From Spirochaetia bacterium (GTDB lineage: Bacteria > Spirochaetota > UBA4802 > UBA5550): a DNA stretch of 64,000 nucleotides. Both the position numbers and the translations under genes were made by a program. The number at the start of each line of letters is the position of its first letter. The stretch's first letter is position 1. Where the stretch lies: contig VFJS01000003.1 in the NCBI GenBank assembly GCA_009885955.1, positions 147,086 through 211,085 of the forward strand, read 5' to 3'. The notes beneath the pieces are model-generated. The model ran no database searches and was not told where the DNA came from. It worked only from the letters and a program-made list of their open reading frames with translations. This document shows, piece by piece, positions 59,201 through 64,000 of the stretch.

Positions 59201-60175
59201 ATGCGTATAAAATTTCAAATGTCTTATCTTATTAAGATAGTGCCTGACATTCTCTGTGGAATTCTACTCGGCTTTTTCATACTCCACCCTGTGGCCATGC
59301 TCATTACAGGTTCGTCATTTTATGAGCATGGGGAGGGCCATTTTTCCTCAAAGTTTATTTATTTTTTTCTCAGCCCAATGAGCATATATTTTACTCTTTT
59401 GGGTATGTGCATTGGACTTTTGAGCGGAGTTTTTCGCAGCGTATTGAGAGTCCAGAATGTTCAATTAAATGAAAGAATAACTGAACGCAACTCTCTGTTG
59501 CGCATACTGTCGCACGACCTGAATAATAGTGTGGGTGCGGCATCGGGATACGTTCGATTGCTTGGGTACAAAGAAGTTCCTTTTTCTAAATCAAGAGAAT
59601 TTATGTGTATTGCAACTTCTCTAAAACAGGCAATTGCTTTGATGGAAACCGCGAAGAATATTATAGCCCTTCAATCCGGAAAGCTTACATTGGCTATTGA
59701 TAAATCTGACATGATTGCATTAGTAAAAGATGTACTCTTGCTTTTTGAATTTAAGTGTTCTTCAAGGGGTATTGTTATTGATTTGAAAATCCCATCCGAT
59801 GAAACATGTTTTGCGTATGTTGACCCTGTTATTTTTCAGAACTCTATTCTTGGCAATATTCTGAGCAACGCAGTAAAATTTTCAAAATCGAATGAGAGTA
59901 TTGAGATTGTCATTTTTAATGAAAGTTCCAAAGTTATTGTTTCAGTAACTAATACAGGGCCGGAAATTCCAGTGAAAAAAATAGAGAATCTTTTTCAAGA
60001 GGGGGAAAATATTTCATCCGCCGGCGTAACCGGGGAGCGTGGAACTGGTTTCGGACTTCCACTGGCATATACATTCACAAAAATGATGGGTGGGGAAATA
60101 TGGGCCGAATGCGTGAGAACGGAGCGAAAAGATTTATATCGAAATACATTTACCGTGCAGATTTCAGCCGCATGA
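59201..60175 (+). CDS. Membrane sensor histidine kinase (HisKA + HATPase_c)
   Basis: Two N-terminal TM helices, H-box 'LSHDLNNSVGAASGYVRLL', N-box 'GNILSNAVKFS', G2 'GTGFGLPLAYTF'. Confidence 0.8.
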   Translation: MRIKFQMSYLIKIVPDILCGILLGFFILHPVAMLITGSSFYEHGEGHFSSKFIYFFLSPMSIYFTLLGMCIGLLSGVFRSVLRVQNVQLNERITERNSLLRILSHDLNNSVGAASGYVRLLGYKEVPFSKSREFMCIATSLKQAIALMETAKNIIALQSGKLTLAIDKSDMIALVKDVLLLFEFKCSSRGIVIDLKIPSDETCFAYVDPVIFQNSILGNILSNAVKFSKSNESIEIVIFNESSKVIVSVTNTGPEIPVKKIENLFQEGENISSAGVTGERGTGFGLPLAYTFTKMMGGEIWAECVRTERKDLYRNTFTVQISAA

Positions 60176-60437
60176 AATTGCCAGTGTTTTCGTTAGAATT
60201 GTTTAGGAAACCGTGTGCTATGTCAATAAAGTTAGACTTCATAACCGGACTTTCTGTTCAAACTTTTTTTTCAACAGGGGGTAAGCAAGGAGTAAATCAA
60301 TTTTTGATCAAAAAAACAACAGGGATAACGAAAATGATTCATGTTATAAATATTAATACAGATACAATATAACTTATCTCAGCCAAGAAATATGATTACG
60401 TTATGGTAAGGAATATTAAAGAATAGGGGAAAAGAAA

Positions 60438-61160
60438 ATGATAAAATTGAAATACTTAACAGCTGTTATATTCATAATGGGGCTTGTTCACATGGTTTAT
60501 GCAGAAGAGCTGCATACATTCCATGATTCGGATCCGTTTCCGCATTCGTTCTTACTGCCTATGGCGATACCCGGCCCTCCCTGGTCTTATAACGTGCAGC
60601 TAACCCCGTTCCTTCAGCAAAAAGACGGTGAGAATAAACTTGATGCCGGCGCTCATGCGAGCCTGGGACTCTTCGACTGGGGCGGCATTCATTTCAGGAG
60701 TCCTGGAGCGCGCACCGCGCCAACTGCTGAAATCATAGCAATGGTTGGACTTGTTAATGATTCTGCAAAACAGAACGGCCTTTCGCTGCTTGCAATTGCA
60801 GGAATACCCACCAAGCAGCCTGCCGATGGCCACCATGCGGAATTATCATACATACTGGGGGTCTCGTGGCAGCTGACCCCTGCTGACTGGTTCAGGTGGA
60901 CCGCAAACCTGCATTACGATTTCACCGAAAAACACATGATACCTGAGAGTGGAATCCTTATCAGGTTATTCCCGAAATTTTTCGCGGGGCTGGAGGGTCG
61001 CGCAACCATTGGTAAAGAAAAGATAGTGTATCTGCTGCCGTCTTTGAAATATAACCTTATTGAGAACCACTTTATAGGTATCGGTTATGAAGCTCCGGTT
61101 AAGAGAGACAGGGAATACGACTGGAGGATATATTTCCAGATCGAACACGGGAATCATTAA
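60438..61160 (+). CDS. Secreted hypothetical protein (possible outer-membrane protein)
   Basis: Signal peptide 'AVIFIMGLVHMVYA'. Beta-rich alternating pattern, no domain recognised. Confidence 0.4.
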   Translation: MIKLKYLTAVIFIMGLVHMVYAEELHTFHDSDPFPHSFLLPMAIPGPPWSYNVQLTPFLQQKDGENKLDAGAHASLGLFDWGGIHFRSPGARTAPTAEIIAMVGLVNDSAKQNGLSLLAIAGIPTKQPADGHHAELSYILGVSWQLTPADWFRWTANLHYDFTEKHMIPESGILIRLFPKFFAGLEGRATIGKEKIVYLLPSLKYNLIENHFIGIGYEAPVKRDREYDWRIYFQIEHGNH

Positions 61161-61222
61161 AAATTTTCGCATACAGTTAAGTTTAAAGTAACATTATTGG
61201 ATGAAAAGCGACTCTATGTACA

Positions 61223-61981
61223 ATGATTAATAACATCACAACAGTAATATTGATCGATAGTGGATTTTTCGCTATGGTTCGTCCAAAAGCAGCGATTGTA
61301 AATTTCAAGAGGCATAACATGAACGTGATCCCTGATGAGGAAAAAAAGTATTATGACCTGACCAGGAAGGCCTTCGATTTCCTGGCGCCTTTCTACGACG
61401 CGGCGGTGTTCCCTTTTTCCGGACTGAGGGATAGGGTTGCTGAATTAACGGGTGCGGGTAATGCCGCAAAGATACTCGACGTGGCTACAGGGACAGGCAA
61501 ACAGGCTTTCGCATTCGCGAAAAAGGGATACGCGGTGACCGGTGTTGATATCACCGAATCCATGCTCTCTGTCGCTAGAAGGAAAAATAAATTTCCCAAC
61601 GTGAAATTCGAAATCGCGGACGCGACGAAGCTTGAATTTGATTCCGGCAGTTTTGATGTTGTGAGTATATCTTTCGCCCTGCACGATATGCCTTTATCGA
61701 TAAGGGAAAGGGTACTGGCTGAAATGGCCCGTGTTACGAAACCGGAAGGAAACATTGTGATCGTGGATTACTTCCTTCCGAAGAATAAAATTGGAAAATT
61801 TCTGATCTATCATATTATCAGTTTATATGAGGGAGAATATTACAAAAAATTCATTAAAAGCGATCTTCGTGATTTCATCGAAAATTCCGGTATTTATATT
61901 AAAGAGGAAGTGCCTGCTTTGTTCGGCGCAGCAAGGATTATAAAAGGAGTTAAAAATCAAAGAGCCCGGGAAAACAATTAA
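61223..61981 (+). CDS. Class I SAM-dependent methyltransferase (UbiE/COQ5-like)
   Basis: 'ILDVATGTGKQAFAFAKKGYAVTGVDITESML' motif I/post-I, 'FDVVSISFALHDM' motif II. Alternative start at 61313. Confidence 0.75.
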   Translation: MINNITTVILIDSGFFAMVRPKAAIVNFKRHNMNVIPDEEKKYYDLTRKAFDFLAPFYDAAVFPFSGLRDRVAELTGAGNAAKILDVATGTGKQAFAFAKKGYAVTGVDITESMLSVARRKNKFPNVKFEIADATKLEFDSGSFDVVSISFALHDMPLSIRERVLAEMARVTKPEGNIVIVDYFLPKNKIGKFLIYHIISLYEGEYYKKFIKSDLRDFIENSGIYIKEEVPALFGAARIIKGVKNQRARENN

Positions 61982-62104
61982 ATTTTTGAGTGAGATATTT
62001 TTGACAATCTTTTTGCAGCTGAATATATTCAAGTATAATGAAAGTATAATGGACTATAAGCTTATACGTAATTAAAATTTAACATAACAAAAGGAGAAAT
62101 AGTT

Positions 62105-62500
62105 ATGAAAAAAATTCTGGTAATGACTTTGATGGTTTTTGGTATTACAGTGACTGCCGTTTTTTCGCAAATGGGCGGTAGCATGGGTTCTCATCAGTCC
62201 TCAAAGATGATGGGCGGCCAGATGATGAATCAGCAGATGATGCGTGATATGTCCGGAATGATGGGACGAATGAACGACATGATGCAGAAGATGTCCGTCG
62301 GGATGGATCAAAAGCAGGGCATGGACCATTCCAGGATGAAGGACATGTCGAAGATGATGAATGATATGTCCGTAACCATGAAAGAAATGTCCGGGCAGAT
62401 GGACAAGGGAACGGCAGACCCGGCCATGATGACAAAAATGCAGGAGCGGATGAAAACCATGAATCAGATGATGGATAATATGCAGAAAGGCGATAAATAA
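62105..62500 (+). CDS. Secreted methionine-rich protein (MxxM/MMxxM repeats), putative Cu(I)/Ag(I)-binding
   Basis: Signal peptide, then a mature region of roughly 30% Met: 'MMGGQMMNQQMMRDMSGMMGRMNDMMQKM...'. Confidence 0.6.
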   Translation: MKKILVMTLMVFGITVTAVFSQMGGSMGSHQSSKMMGGQMMNQQMMRDMSGMMGRMNDMMQKMSVGMDQKQGMDHSRMKDMSKMMNDMSVTMKEMSGQMDKGTADPAMMTKMQERMKTMNQMMDNMQKGDK

Positions 62501-62545
62501 AATGAAGCATGGAGTAAAAGACTATTTTTTTCGGGCAGGATGTAA

Positions 62546-63337
62546 ATGAGACCAAAAAAAATGAAGATGTTTTCGGGGACCGGTTTTCCGGATCACAGAA
62601 TTTTTAGATTGGCCGTTTATGTTCTGTTCATTTTTTTGTTCAGCGTCATATTGGTTCCTTTGGCTGCTTCGGCAAATATGGGACGCGGGTATATTGACCT
62701 GGGCGGAGGTTATAAAACCGGTGATTTCGGCACTCCAACAACATCGAACCTCTATTATCTCTCATCGATCATTGGATATGGTGAGCCCCGGTACGATATC
62801 AGTGTTAATATACCTTATCTATTAATCATGAATAAAATTAACAGCCAAAATACTTCTGAGTACGGCCTTGGAGATATCATCCTGAGGGGAGGCAGTTCAA
62901 TAGTCCCGGAAGGGGAATCCGGTTTTTCTCTCTATTGGGCTTTGGCAGTCAAGCTGCCGACTGCCGACAATACTAAGGGTCTTGGTACCGGGGAAGCTGA
63001 TTATGGTTCATTCGTAAAGATGAATCAGGTACTAATGAAATTAAAATTTTCGCTTGTAGGCGGGTATATAAAAATTGGCGACACAGCTGATATTAATTAC
63101 AATGATATTTATCTCTATGGATTTGAAATATCAAGGGTCTTCGGGAGCACCGATATTTCAGTATCTTTTGTTGAAAGGAGATCCGCAATCCCTGGCAATC
63201 AAAATGCCCGGGAGATTACCATAGGAATTTTCCATGTATTAAACATGGATTACGCGGTTAGAGGGAGCGCCTTTAAAGGCTTGAACAAAAGCAGTCCGGA
63301 TTTCGGCATTGATCTGGGTATCGTAAAATGGTTTTAA
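62546..63337 (+). CDS. Putative outer-membrane beta-barrel protein
   Basis: Signal peptide, alternating amphipathic beta-strand pattern, C-terminal 'GIVKWF' ending in Phe (OMP signature). Confidence 0.5.
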   Translation: MRPKKMKMFSGTGFPDHRIFRLAVYVLFIFLFSVILVPLAASANMGRGYIDLGGGYKTGDFGTPTTSNLYYLSSIIGYGEPRYDISVNIPYLLIMNKINSQNTSEYGLGDIILRGGSSIVPEGESGFSLYWALAVKLPTADNTKGLGTGEADYGSFVKMNQVLMKLKFSLVGGYIKIGDTADINYNDIYLYGFEISRVFGSTDISVSFVERRSAIPGNQNAREITIGIFHVLNMDYAVRGSAFKGLNKSSPDFGIDLGIVKWF

Positions 63338-63540
63338 TGAATTTGCCGGATACATTGTGTTTTATTCATAAAAATTCATATTTGGCGGTGATAAACAAGT
63401 GGAAAGAATAAAATCGGAGGGAAAATATTTATGCTAAAAAATATTTACTGTTTCAGGTAGGGAGTGTTTGATTGATAATTATAAATCAAAGTATTTTCAG
63501 AATTACTGTATTGATTAATATTAAAATTAAAGGAGATTTC

Positions 63541-64000
63541 GATGAAAAAGAAAATCATACTCGCAACATTTACATTTCTATTCGCAGCCTCATTGCTGCA
63601 TGCTGAACCCGATACCCTGATAAAATCAGAAATTGAAAATGGAGGCTACATAGCCCCGGTATTGAAATTCTCTCAGATCAACAAGGAACTTGGGATATTC
63701 GGCGGTTGGAAACTCGGCTGGATAATAAACCACTCATTTTCGATTGGTTTTAGCGGAAACATGCTATTCAACAGCCCGGATTCAATAAAAGATGAGAACA
63801 ACAACAGGATATACATGGGATACATGGGTGGTCTGATCGAATACATCATAAACCCGGATAAACTGGTCCACTTTTCATTATCAGCGCTCATCGGAGGGGG
63901 CGGAACGGGGACGAATACCAATACCAATACCAATACCAGTGGCAACAGCAATGGTTACATGATGGGAGGAAACTTTAATCGTTTTTTCGTAGCGGAGCCG
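63541..64000 (+). CDS. Secreted hypothetical protein, 3'-truncated by the window end
   Basis: ATG with signal peptide 'ILATFTFLFAASLLHA'. Open to the end of the window. Gly/Asn/Thr-rich region. Confidence 0.4.

Noticed and set aside
1-64000. CRISPR arrays, rRNA genes, transposases/integrases
   Set aside because: No regularly spaced short direct repeats, no rRNA-like conserved stretches, and no DDE/tyrosine-recombinase motifs in any long ORF.

Overview
This 64 kb window is a bacterial chromosomal segment of moderate GC content with about 60 protein-coding genes and two tRNA-Arg genes. Housekeeping genes are mixed with accessory material.

Housekeeping and metabolic content: dnaK behind a textbook sigma70 promoter plus CIRCE operator; ribBA; mtnA; proC-yggS; prfA-prmC; panC; nth; an acyl-CoA dehydrogenase; a GMC oxidoreductase; an SDR; an M23 peptidase.

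Signalling content: many PAS/REC histidine kinases, a GGDEF protein, Crp-family proteins, a STAS protein and a REC-RsbW-like kinase.

The most notable blocks are:
- A Tat-exported FdnG/FdhA-like molybdopterin oxidoreductase with its FdnH-like FeS subunit. By hand alignment, the canonical Sec/Cys-His pair sits as Asp-Asp.
- An AT-rich toxin-antitoxin island: HicAB, a DUF6516/TumE-like pair flanked by ~75 bp direct repeats, HEPN/MNT and Doc/AbrB-type modules, beside a multiply frameshifted lipoprotein gene.
- A putative copper-homeostasis cluster: a CsoR-family repressor, a NosL-like protein, a His-rich secreted protein, two paralogous Cys-rich mini-proteins, a roughly 30% methionine secreted protein, a sensor kinase and outer-membrane proteins.
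- Several families of GC-rich nested palindromic intergenic repeats. These include a two-module repeat present three times, a ~345 bp composite palindrome, and TCACGGAT-bearing nested inverted repeats.

No CRISPR array, rRNA or transposase/integrase was detected. All homology calls rest on motif recognition by eye.
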